From the NCBI RefSeq assembly GCF_000002075.1, contig NW_004797951.1, positions 280,852 through 339,185 of the forward strand: a DNA stretch of 58,334 bases, read 5' to 3'. Shown here in pieces: positions 1-12,700 of this stretch; the first letter of the stretch is position 1, and every line of letters begins with the position of its first letter. Made by a program: the position numbers and the translations under genes. The DNA is from Aplysia californica. Lineage: Eukaryota. Under the pieces are notes generated by a model. The model was given only the letters and a program-made list of their open reading frames with translations. It was not told where the DNA came from and searched no databases.

Positions 1-1252
1 CGGGAGTGGTTTTGTTGTTTTTTGTTGTTTTTTTTAAGGGGGGGGGGGGGGTTCGGCACCAGTGAGTTCAGCACAGAAGATGTTGTCGGCCGAACAGGAG
101 AACGTGTCGAGGCAGGAGGAAATGAACAGAGGACACGTGTGTGAAGTCGGCAGCACGGGGGTACACAAGGAATCAAGCGGTGAGGAGGAGGAGGAGGTGG
201 GGATGAGATGGAGAATGGGGGGAAAAAAAAGACGTGGGGCCAAAATGAATGTGAATGAATTGAAAATGACAAACAAATGACGTGTAGTATATGCAAACGT
301 AGCCGCTTCAGCATCAAGGCCCTCATTCGTAACTCTCACAGATTCAATTTACATCTTTAAAAAGTACTTGTTAAAAATCTTTTGTTGTCGTCTCCTGTCT
401 TCTCTTCTTACATTCAAGAAACCTGGGGCATGAGACTTGGAAAGTTATGAGTTATAACCAGTATTCAACTTTGTATAAAAATACCACCCCAACAAACTTC
501 GAATAATCTGTAACTGTATATATGTATATATATACATGTCTTCATCTCAACTATCTACAACAAAATCTTCACAGTGAGATGTAGCTGAAGCCTTGATGCT
601 GCAGCTTTCTATCTACCAGTTCTAATCTACTCAGCACACCATTGTGTATAGAGAGCAGAAAGTGGAACTTTATAGATACACATACTACACACAAAGATAT
701 TATATGTCAAGTATGAACAAAATGTCACACATTGTACACAACACCACAATGAACAAAAATAAAAAGGAAAGGAATAGAGGGAAAAATCTATTAAAAACAA
801 GGCAATTACTTGTCCATACATTTTAATTGTCCATAAATTTTAATTACACTACCCCTCTCTCTCTCTCATTACTTCTCTCCTCCACTCCAACCCTTTTCAA
901 ACTCGTCCAAAATTTTTTTAAGGACACATCTTGCACAGTCCTCACTTTACATTAATGTCCATCTTTGTATTCTTTTCAAGAACGGTCTCATTAAACGACT
1001 GACTTCTTGGTAGAAACAATGTTTATCAGATGTGAAATTTGACTCATTATAGTCAACGGTCTTTTATCAAAATGCTTTTTTAGGGTCAAATTAGGACATA
1101 CTTTGGTTCCAATTTCTAGAATGGAAGGGAGACATATGATCCTCAAATCATATTCAAACTTTGGGCAACATTAGCCTTTAGGATATAACGAAGTCCAAAC
1201 CCTTACTAGGCTAACCCACTGAATTCAAAAACGCAAACGCAACACGAACGAC

Positions 1253-1321
1253 CTGCTACAAAAAAATCCTCCAACATCCAAACTTCTACTTCACCATTAA
1301 CAGAAACACTGTTTGGTTTTG
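1253..1321 (-). CDS. Candidate 69-nt symmetric (phase 1-1) internal exon of the JIP3/4 gene
   Basis: Pyrimidine tract ttttctctggtag acceptor, open frame (T)KPNSVSVNGEVEVWMLEDFFVA, CAG|gtcgtt donor; phase matches the exon ending at 2864. No homology support. Confidence 0.4.
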
Positions 1322-2863
1322 CTACCAGAGAAAAATATGGACAACCTCGTGAGATAATAAGGAACAAAAAAAATGTTTGACTAAGTGCGCCCATCAATAG
1401 AATTCAAACAATAAGGCAGGAAACAGAAAACAAAACAAAAAAAGAATTTTCTACATAAAGAGGAAATGTAAAAGGTGTCCAACTACGCATGCAACATGAA
1501 ACAGCAAAATTTATTGTATGGTTATGGTCATTCAGTATAAATTTACTCAACTCGTTCCAATATACCACCTGCAAGTTGACATGATAATAATAATAATAGA
1601 CTATTTCTCTGTCTTCGTTTTTAACACAAATTCGGATTTCAAGGTTTTATTAACTCATTTAACATTTCAAGATTCCCAAAAAGAATTGAGAGATTTCCCT
1701 ATGCTATGATTCATCAGCAGTTGCACTACACAGTCATTTAATCAGTTTGGATGAAACTGCTTTGAGAAGCACAAAAGTACTCCAGCATGCAATGAAACTG
1801 ACACTAGAGAGCAAAACAAGTAATGCTTTGTTAAAGGCAGACTCTTTCTCGTTAACTAAAATTCATTACACAAAGACCGATGACAATAAAAATAAGTCAT
1901 GACTGAACCATTATCTTCTTGCAAGTGGCACTTGTTCCTACAACCCAGCCATAGCTTATCCCCTTTATCTTCATCATTAAACACACATTAACAAGACTAA
2001 GGAAAATGTATTCTGAAAAATAAGCTTTACCACAAACTTAAGTTGCTATGAAAATTTTTTTTACTACCATAATCTATGTGAACAAATGTGAATGAAGACA
2101 TGAATGGATTCATTACAGTAACATGTACGTATATATAAAAGGTATTCTTCTAAAAGGAAAAAGGGTAACTATTCTTATCAATATAATTTTCTCTCTTTCA
2201 GATTCAAGAAGAAAAAAAAGAAATGCAAACTTCTAGAAAAAGGAGGCCTGCATGCATGACAAACACTTCATTGTGAGGAGTGAATCAAGGACATTGATCA
2301 TAAAAACAAAAATATCCATTTGTCCAAAACCCATCAGATGCCACATCTAGTACTTTCATAAATGCATTTCCCCACCAAGACAAACTTTGCATACCCATTG
2401 AATCAAAAGGGATAAAAGAAAAAAAAAGGACGCTCTATGAGACAGGAAGAACCCACATGTGTAAGTACCCACATGAAACCAATTAACAAAACATTAAAAT
2501 CTCAACCAGCTGCTCTTAATTTGCATTTCTCTGTCAAACTACAAAAACCAGAGCTCTGTACCTTCAAAAGCAAGTTGTGTTCCATAAATAGATTACTTCA
2601 CAACAGAATAGATATATACACAAACTAACACCCCCCCCCCCCCCCCCCCCCCAGAAGAGTCACAGAAATTGACATACAGAAAAGTCAGAAGACATGGAAT
2701 AACATCCACGAGGCTAACCAACCTAGGATAGTAGGGAAAGGTGGAAAATGTTCGTGGACTGATCCAGGGTTGAGAAAAAAAGGCAATGATGACGACCCCC
2801 GACCCCCCCCCCCCAATAACCCCCCTCCAAAGAACAAAGAAGAAGCACACAAACGAGTCCTAC

Positions 2864-5800
2864 TTGTGGCTGTGGCTTTCTCCGTGACATCGGTGCTCTG
2901 GCTGAGCTCCTCCTTGACCTCTGTGACCGGGGCCTCGGCCGGAGCCGGTGTCGACTCCTTCTTGGGCGACTCCGCGTCCAGCTCGCTCTTGAGGCTAACG
3001 TTGCCGGTGCTCTGCGGTGTGCTGGCGTCCACAAATCCCATCGGGCTGCCCTCCATGCCCTTCTGGAACTCCATCATGCCCCCGTAGGCCACACTCACCG
3101 GACGCAGCCCCGGGAGACTGAAACCGCCTTTGCTGGAAGCATCAAAGTTATTGTTTGGTACTCTTGGATTTGTGTAAACAGCCTTGAGCTGAGCGTACAC
3201 GGGGGGGTAGGCGCTATAACAATGATCTTCATTATTATCATTATTGAGAAATTGCAGAGTTGTTTCTGTACAAATGTAAATGGAAACGCTTCGGCACTGA
3301 AAGGATTAATACAAACAAAATCTCAATGTTAATGAAAATGTACCTTTGCTAGAAACAGTTAATAAAAAGTAACAAACTTAAATGCATCTTTGCTGGAAAC
3401 AGTAATTAAAACTAACATAAATTGTTCAAAATTCACATATTTAATTCATGTACCAAACATGAAATAAGAAAACCCACATGATTCTGCAGCTACACCGTTT
3501 GAGCCATCATTTTCTTTAGTCTGATGTTTTATCATTATGCAGAAAACATTCACCTAAAACAAGTATTTCTCCAAAATATCACAATGAATCTCACAACCAA
3601 TTTAATATGCCGAACCATAAAATTTGGCGTATCTAAGGTTTCTGTGAAAGTTACGTCTAACATTCATGACCATCCATGCGCAATCCTGTATTATCTAGGA
3701 GGGAACAACACACAAGCTTCGAACAATTCCTAGTCAACACCACATGAATTCAGTGTAACTTGCAAGCGATCTTGGTGCCATTTGAATGTGGTCTGGATAA
3801 TAAATCCACGGCACCCGTCAACAGTTTGGAATTGCTCTAGACCTGATCTGAACGCCATCTGGACCCAACCTCGATATGACAAACAGTATCTGTGACACCC
3901 CCCCCCCAACCCAAAATAATTTGTGACTTACTTTATTCTAGGACTGAGTCCAGTGAGGTCTGATATCTTGTCCGTCCCCATCAGGATCTTTGTCCTCTCC
4001 ATATAATCCATGTGGGTTCGAAACAGCTGGAAAGAAAAATATAATAATCAAATTTCATAACGTAGAAAAAAAATCAAGCTGAACAAATAAACTTTTATTT
4101 TACTTCTGTTTCTTCGACATTCTACTAGACAATAGGTAGGTAATTTTGAGATGTCACGCAATTGAGCGTCGTAATATAAACACCGGGTACAGAGGAATAA
4201 TTACTCCGATTAACCCTAAAAGCGCTCAGCGTTTCACCGGAAGTAACCCGCCAAAAATGCCCCGCCGACACGGCCGATCAGTTGTAAACATGGGGGTTTG
4301 GCGGGGGGGAAACAGCTGAGATACCCGAAATGTATACCTGCTACTGAAAAATGACCATTTACGGCTCAACGGATGATAAAAAGCATATAAAAGCATATAT
4401 TTTCTTTAAGCTGATAGAATGAGCCATTCAAAAATGATCAGTGATCAAATAAATACAAACAAAGCCGAGAACGCGATAAACTCAACAATTAGTACATCAG
4501 CACAGCGAAACAAGTGATAACACATAGCGTGTAGTCGCTCAGCGGGACCGCGTCACTTTATCGATCGATATCTCGGCCAAGAGACGCTCTACGAGGTCAA
4601 GATAACTTGCAAAGTCATTGGTCACTATATATAACTTTGGCCTGTAATTGACTACGTCATTTTCCATATAAGGAACACTGGAATTTTCCATTGAAAAGGC
4701 TCAGCGTCTATGCCCTTTATATAGGGCCTGCGCGCTTCCCGGTCGCAGTAGGTCAGCCTTATATATAGGGCGTGTGCGCTTCCCGGGTAGCCCGGCTCAC
4801 GCCCTTTATATAGGGCCTGCGCGCTTCCAGGGTTAAGGATGAAAACAATACGGTACCCACTTTAATCCAAGCCACGGGTCGATTTCATAATACTGGAAAC
4901 AGCAAGCAGCATCTTCATTTCCACAGAGCATAAACAAACATTGAACATTATTGATTGTCTCAAAAAATACAAAACATTGAACAAATACTATAACAGCACC
5001 AAGCCTATTTCGTCATCAATGACCATATATTGTAAATGAAAATTAAGACTATAGGGAGGGAGAATGAAACAAAAGTATGCAAAGGCACCGAATTACGTCA
5101 ACGCCAGATTGATCCCCATCTGTTATAGCAGCAAGGTCAGTGAATTGTGCAAAATACGAGCATTTTGTACAATCATTTGAAAAGAGACTTGAGCTGGAAA
5201 TACAACATTGTGATCATAAATTTATTCCAAACACATACCTCAGTGTATCTTTCATGGAGTTTGTTGTATTCATTTTTCGATTCATTCTCTTTCTCTTCAA
5301 GTCGACTCACTGAAATCATGACAAATATATGACGAAGCATTAGTTACCTTGGTGCGAATTTGAGTGTGTGCTGAGTTTATTTGCATGGATATATTGCGAG
5401 TACAAATGTGAGTGTGTGTACATTGGAGTCTGCATACGTATGAAAGTATGTACATGGTGTGTGAATATGTGCGTGTGCGTGTTAGCGCATGTGAAGAGTG
5501 AGTGTACTCATCTTCATTTTCAGTTTCATATCATTGGAAAGCTGTTCAAGTTTAAATGTGCTAAACTCAGAAAAGTAAAATTTTTTAGGACAGAGAAAAA
5601 TAAATGGTATCGTTCTTTTAATTTTTGTACCTTTACATGATATGTATCTTTTCTCACCCCCCCCCCCCCCCCCTCGCCCCCCAACATTTAGAATTTGCAT
5701 TTCGGCAAAATATTTCTTAGGTGCATACACCTGATACCTGAGATAGGGAAGCTGCAAGGCAAAAAATAAAACAATTTTTGGATTCATACATCTGAACAAC

Positions 5801-8469
5801 TGGCCAACATATAAGATACAAGTGTGTGCGCGTGCGTGTGTGTGTGTATATGTGTGTGCGCGTGTGTGTGTATCTGTGTGTGTATTGAGCGTGTGTGGGT
5901 ACATATGTGAGTATACAAGAGGTATGAGTGCATGAGCACATGCCCACACATCAGCAACAACTTGCAAACTAGGAACAAGGCCAAGTCAGATCATCTTGTC
6001 TATATGTGAAGACAGACTAAATTAGTCATCTATCAACTTATTATTGCTGAAAATAACCATAACCCCTAAATGATGTTTTCTCCCGAACGTATTTAATTTT
6101 ATCAGAGACAGTAACACATGCTGATGGACATGAAAAATTGTCTGACACTTGAACGCCATGCTTTTCATACAGAGGGAACACTAAGAATGTTGCTATACCG
6201 AATACAATTTTTCAAGATTTTTTTGCATATTCTCTTTTTTTTTTTTACCCCACCTTAACATCATTCTTGTCGAATAAAGGCATGTCTTTTTATAATGTAA
6301 GTATACACAGGAGTCACTTTACTTAAAACTTCAAAATTATAAATTTTATTACCATGGTCTGCAGAATTTTTTGCTTTGATCTCAGACATGCGAAGGATGG
6401 ACTCAAGTGTCTCCACTTTGTCCTGCAGCTCTTTCTTCACACCCTCGTTTGAGTCTTCCATCTCTAGGTATTTCTGAAATAAATTTGACGAAAAGATCAA
6501 TTTAAAAGAAAGCCCTAAAATATTTAGAACATTAATTGAAAACAACATTAATTTTCAACCAATTAAGAGAGGTGCAAAAAGACATTTCGAGTTATCACTG
6601 AAGTATTAAAAGTGGCAAATCAATACCAATCACATTACCTTTGGAAGAATAATGAACCAGGAGTTTGAGTAAAGAGAGCATATAAAAACGAAAATGGTCA
6701 TGTAGTCCGGGGAAAAAGTAAGACAGACTGACAGAAACAACAAAGGGAAGGTAAAGAGGTAGGACCTACCAGTGACATCCTCCAACCAACTACAATAAAT
6801 TAGGATCATAGAGCAAACAAAACTAACACTGAATCATGTTATCACAAAATGACAAGGTCCTTTCAACACAACTACATGAATGCATCAAGTTGTTTATATT
6901 GATCCAGACATAAAATCAGTCATCATGATGTGTCAGTGTCGGGTACAAAATCTTTTTCTAGGTCATGCCACACGTCCAGATGGTGCTGTGAACGGACAGT
7001 AAGGACCCCCTAACATCGAAACATTTTTACCAGTTAAAATTGTAATCATTATAAAGACTAGCCTGATGCCTACATTCATCAAAATATTAGACAGAGTAAA
7101 TCATACGCCATCCTACCCCCTTCTTTTCTCTCAAATTTAATGGATTTATCTTTCATTCTCCAAAGTTATGTATGCCATGTTACACAGAGTACACTGCATT
7201 TGTTAGCAATGACACTATGACTGTTTATATTTCATCTATATTTAACACTTTGTCTCCCACAAAACTCTGTGCCAAAGTAACTGGCAACTTCCATCATCGA
7301 CACAAACCACCCACCCTAACTTAAAAACTGAGACTGAGAACTTTCAGTATCCAAACTGTTTTAATGGAACCGAGATCTTCCCTTTCAGACCAATTGGAAA
7401 AAAAAGTTTCCAACCCGTATGTATCGGATAAAAAGCATTACTTTGCTGTGTTGGGGGGGGTCTTCCATAAAAAAAAAAGACTTGCCACAAGATTGAAACC
7501 ACCTTCTTTCTGCCACTCTGACAAAAAACTATTCAGGTGAGTAGCCAAAACAATAAGAACAAAACTCACTTTGAATTTGAATGTCATGGCCAGAAATGCA
7601 GAAAACTCACAGAAGTGAATTTAAAAAAGGCTCCTTTAAAAAACAGAAATAAAAGGGCAGTTGATTTTATTTTCTTAGTAACTTAATATAGATTCTAAGT
7701 TAAAACACCACTGACTTCATTTCTTCCCTTACTTTGTGACTTTGTCAGTACCATCAGAGAGGAAAATTTAGTCAACCCAACAGCCAACAGTGAACCTCAG
7801 TTAGTCATGAACAATACAATACATAATCCCGCAAACTATAGAAAATAGAGCTTCCCAACAAGGTAAATTAAACGAAATAGCTCCAAACTTGTTCTCTGAA
7901 CAGGGTGGTGGATCATCATGGAATTTTTACTGCCATTTCTTGGCAGTAAAACAAGAATTAAAATTCAATGCCAATGATGTGCTAGACAGCAGTGTGTCAG
8001 ATTAATCACTTTTGGAAACTGTCCCCAGTTTACCTTTACCCTAAATGATATTATTATATTATATAGGCCTATTGTAATACTTGGTTTTGTAGCTAGAAAT
8101 CTAGACCTAGATCCTAATCTAGACAGTAGGCCTATTATAAGAAGTAATAAGACTGCTAGTGCTTACCTGTTCTGACCCTTTCCTCAGCTGTTTTTCCCTT
8201 TCATATTGTGTAAGGAGTTGTTCATTGTCTTCCCTTAACAATTCTATTTCTACATCAAGTTCCTGTTTCTCAGTGAAAGCAGAGTCCAGTGTTTCCAATA
8301 TCCCAACAACAAGTGGCATTAGGTCTTTCACGACATCCTCGTCGTAACGTTTGATGACTTTCTCGAACTCCTTGTAGACAGTGGCTGCCAATGACTGAAC
8401 TTTCTCAGACATTACATGGGTCTCTTCATGAGTCCCATATATTGTCTCCGACGCCATCTTACCAGACAT
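2864..8469 (-). CDS. MAPK8IP3/SPAG9: JNK-interacting protein 3/4 family (JIP3/JIP4, Sunday driver/UNC-16), 5' coding exons; gene continues beyond window start
   Basis: Exons 8469-8167 ([12 protein letters not shown]...[36 protein letters not shown]...[23 protein letters not shown]1 domain), 6473-6353, 5309-5239 ([20 protein letters not shown]), 4026-3932 ([13 protein letters not shown]) and 3132-2864; all GT-AG with compatible phases (0,1,0,2,1). Confidence 0.95.
4214..4832. mobile_element. Non-autonomous piggyBac-like DNA transposon (MITE)
   Basis: TTAA on both sides (4210-4213, 4833-4836); TIR ccct..aagcgc.cag; three subterminal repeats gccctttatatagggcctgcgcgcttcc. Confidence 0.8.
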
Positions 8470-8676
8470 AATTGAAAACGATAGATTTGACTAAATCAGT
8501 ACTGTGCAGAGCACAGTTTTAATTAAAACGTGGCTATTTTTATCAGTGACCAACATGCGACGTCTATTATTTTGCTCATCATTCATAACACATCATCCTC
8601 CATATTGTCTACGGTAGTCATCAAAGTCATGTGATCACGCATGCGCCCCTAGTACGGAAGTTGAAGTTAAGCGAAA
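8470..8676. promoter_or_regulatory. Bidirectional promoter between the JIP3/4 and AtuA-like genes
   Basis: Divergent ATGs 207 bp apart; GTCATGTGAT (8626-8635, M-box/E-box), CGCATGCGC (8638-8646, NRF1-like) and ACGGAAGT (8654-8661, ETS/GABP-like). Confidence 0.75.
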
Positions 8677-9727
8677 ATGGCTGGAGTTCAGTGTTTACGT
8701 CTACTAGGACTAAGGCGACTGCCTGCTGCCTATTCCATTTGCTCATCTAATGAAAGACATTATTTCGTAACGCCAAAGAGACATATTCATGAACGTATAT
8801 TGAAAGGTCAAGTTGTCAGAATTGGATGTGCAAGCGGATTTTGGGGAGACACCGCCTGTGCTGGTTCGTATCGTAAGACAAATTATTCAGGGGTGAAAGT
8901 CCAGAGAGAGTGCCGAAATTAAGACTCTGGATTGCAGTTGAAGTAGTATAGAAACCGAAAGTAGATGCTGAACTTTCGATATCTTGTGTTCATGCTCTTT
9001 TGTAACCATTGTATTTTTTGTCCTATAGGTCTATTATATTACGATTTGAAGAAGGGACGTTCTTTTTCTCCAGTCTTTTATATTTGTTCTGTTGGCCCTT
9101 CCTATAGATCTACAGCCTACATTTCAAGATCAAGCTGCAGTTTTATGAATGTTGGCTTTAATAATTTGAAGTATGTAATCTAGATTTAGTGTGTATAAAT
9201 TTATATTAAAAACTTAATGTAGCAGAAATGCGTATTTGTAACTTACTTTAGGCTTATATGGCTTTATAGTTGTTTTTTATTGAACTTTTCTCATGTTTAA
9301 AAATTCAAATCAATTTTTAAGTTATAAATTGTTTAGATTGTGACCAGGTTTCCTTTTATAATTGGTAGCGTCAATTGCCCCCCAGTGACAAAAATTGACT
9401 TTTTGTCAATTGCCACCGAGTGAAGTGGTGTCAAGTCAGAAAACAACACTATATTTAGCATTTATGCATAATGTGTGTCTAATGGGTCAATTTGTTCTCA
9501 ACTAATTTCATTGGACGAGCATCTAGTCTAGAGCTACGATACCAACTTGGCGTGTTTTCAATGGGACGTAGGCCTAGATCTAGGCTAGCCTTAGCCTACA
9601 CTTTGGTGTAGAACCAACACAGGCAATTCTAGCTAAGAAGTAGAAGGTACATTAAACGCACTCAAACTGAAGCAGAAATTCACGTTATATCGGGGAACAT
9701 AAATCGGGGGACGGGGGTCAGGAAAAG

Positions 9728-9760
<33 letters not shown>

Positions 9761-12700
9761 GACACACACACACACACAAACTCACATACACACAAACACA
9801 CATACACACACAGAGGGACAGAGAGGTGAACACACAACACCGAGCACTCGGGCACAATAAGCTAGATCTACCCGCCAACGCAAAAGAGCTCCAATTTACT
9901 CTGTGGCAATTGACAAAAAGTCAATTTGTGTCAATTGCCACTGCGTCACTCGGTGGCAATTGACACTACCTTTATAATATACTATAGGCCTACATGAATA
10001 TGGTTGTTTAGACTATAAAGTTGCAGCCATGATAGACTGTCCTCTCAATGCTCTCTCGTACTGTACATCATACCACAGAATTGTTGACTTCCCAATAAAC
10101 TTCTATCTCAAATCTATACTCCCATTCCTAACCCAGATTTAACCCTAAATAATGTTAACAAAACTAACTCTAACATTTTAAGTAGTCAAAATCTAAAGTT
10201 TAAGTGAGAAAGTGAACTTTTGCAACATAGTACAGAAGTTATCAAGATAACTTCAGAAGTTGAAAAGTTTAAGGGTCAACTTGTTATCAGTTGGATGAGC
10301 TTGGTGACCTGATAGCTAACTGTGTTTCGCCGGACTTATGAACAGATTTAGAGCTTAGGCTATGGTGAAGAGTATGATAGTATGGTACAGAGTCCCCTAA
10401 TATCCTTCCACAGTACTGAAATAAGCACAGCGACATACTTAGATTAACTTGCTATTGTCTGGTGCTCAAAAGCTAGCCCCACGAGAGTATATAGATTACT
10501 GGACAATGAATCTCTGCCTGCACTTTTGTATTGAACCCCTCTTGATTGTTTGAATAATAAACTCTCTGGATTTTTTCCCCTTTTCATTAGTCATATCCCA
10601 GAATGGGAGAAGAAATATCAGAGGTCATTTAGACTTCCAAGCAGGCACTGTCAAAATCATGAAAATGCAACATTTAAATGAAGCTGGTCATGGTCCTGGT
10701 TCAGATATAGTGCACAATTATTTCACAGGTCATGCACTCCTAGCTAAGTACGTAACTATGTTTTGAGCAGCTTCGTTTTGCGAAAATGTGTCATTGAAAA
10801 CCATTTTAAATACATCATTTTAAAAAGTAGATTGAACCGATTGAACCTGTCATTGTTTAGTGAAACATTTTATCTTCACTGAGACTCCTTTGAAAAAAAA
10901 ATAATAAAAAAATCTCGATTTGTTTGCTTGCTTGATAGTAAAATTAACTGGCGATGGTGGGGTGTTAAGTTGGATTTCCTTTCAAAAACTGCTTTGAATT
11001 TCATCAAAATCTTTTGACACAAGGCAGATTTTTAAAATCAGTATATATAAAATGGAAATAGCAGTAACCTTTGTTTTCTTTAAAATGAAGAAAAATAATT
11101 TTTTCAGATTACAGGACTATCAAAGTCTGTTTCAGTANNNNNNNNNNNNNNNNNNNNNNNNNNNNNNNNNNNNNNNNNNNNNNNNNNNNNNNNNNNNNNN
11201 NNNNNNNNNNNNNNNNNNNNNNNNNNNNNNNNNNNNNNNNNNNNNNNNNNNNNNNNNNNNNNNNNNNNNNNNNNNNNNNNNNNNNNNNNNNNNNNNNNNN
11301 NNNNNNNNNNNNNNNNNNNNNNNNNNNNNNNNNNNNNNNNNNNNNNNNNNNNNNNNNNNNNNNNNNNNNNNNNNNNNNNNNNNNNNNNNNNNNNNNNNNN
11401 NNNNNNNNNNNNNNNNNNNNNNNNNNNNNNNNNNNNNNNNNNNNNNNNNNNNNNNNNNNNNNNNNNNNNNNNNNNNNNCTTAACTCTCCAACACACACAC
11501 ACACACACACACTCACACACACATGTGTACATACGCACGCACGCTCACTCACAGACACACACACACACACGCACACAGACACACATACACACACACACAC
11601 ATTACACAGTCTCTCTATTTAATCTCTCTCTACAATGTCTCTACCCCACTAAGGCCTATCCTATCAGTTGTATACTAGTACTTTAAACTAGCTATATTGT
11701 TTCCTTTTTTTCAGCTCCACAACTTATCTATGGCTCCAAGCTCAACTACATTGTCTTCGATTACCTTTCGGAGATTACAATGTCGCTCCTCACGGCCGCC
11801 AGGAGAAAAAATCCGGTAGCTTTGTCTTTTTAAGCAAAACATTTTCTTGTACTTAATGTTATATCTGTACCTTCTCTTGAATTCTAGATTCTTATTTTCT
11901 TATAATGAATTTAGAAAATGTAAAGAATTCGACAGTTTTTGAAGGAAGTGAGTACCCAAATCCATTTGTGGAAGTTCTGTAAAGATTTGTTCATTTTTTC
12001 GCTCTGTCCCAAAGCCTGAAACTAACATTACACTTTTTGACATCAAACAGCTCATTACTCTTTGTAGAATAGTTACATTTCTTTCAAGTGGACATATCAG
12101 AGGTGGAGTCGGTGGCCTAGTGGTTAGGCAGGCGGACTCGTAATCGTGAGATTGCAGGTTCGGGGGTTCGAGCTGACGTTGTGTCCTTGGGAAAGGTACT
12201 TGACACGAATTTCCCACTTGGCTCGGTCCTTTCGGAGACGGACGTTTAACTTGGAGGCCACGCCTCTTAAATAACCTCATAGTGTTGATAGGGGCGTTAA
12301 ACCTGTACCATTTCACCATATATTTTTTTCGGAGATATCAGTGCATGGTTTCATACCTTGTTTTGTCCTTAAAAGTATCAATTGCAAGCATGCTAGTAAT
12401 TTCTAGTACTGTGTGAATTCAACATGATGTTTGTGTAGGATTTGATAGGATTAGCAACTTTTTGTCTTCCCATTTACATTAACCAAGTGCAATATGTTTC
12501 TTGATCTCCCTGCGTTATTCTTCTCAGGATATGGGCTACACCCCTGACTTTGTCCAAGTTGTTGTGGCTCCCTTTGTGAAAGACATCAAGGCCAGGGGTT
12601 TGTAAATTAAAATTTTTCTTTTGTCCTGTGAAATGTAGAACAAACAGGATGTTGTTCAATGCTCTTAAAGATAGAAAGTTGGATAGTTCTTTTTCTCCTG

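Noticed and set aside
300-612. 12-bp inverted repeat cagcatcaaggc / gccttgatgctg
   Set aside because: Too short to distinguish from chance or a decayed MITE.
10282-10620. Solo LTR (TATA-like box, AATAAA, TG...CA ends)
   Set aside because: No target-site duplication and no second copy in the window.
11052-11600. ORFs spanning N runs (also near 21.3, 35.1, 50.3 and 52.2 kb)
   Set aside because: Artefacts of assembly gaps and microsatellites.
12102-12175. tRNA-Thr gene (also at 29817)
   Set aside because: Disrupted T-arm and acceptor stem, and it continues into a SINE core and tail.
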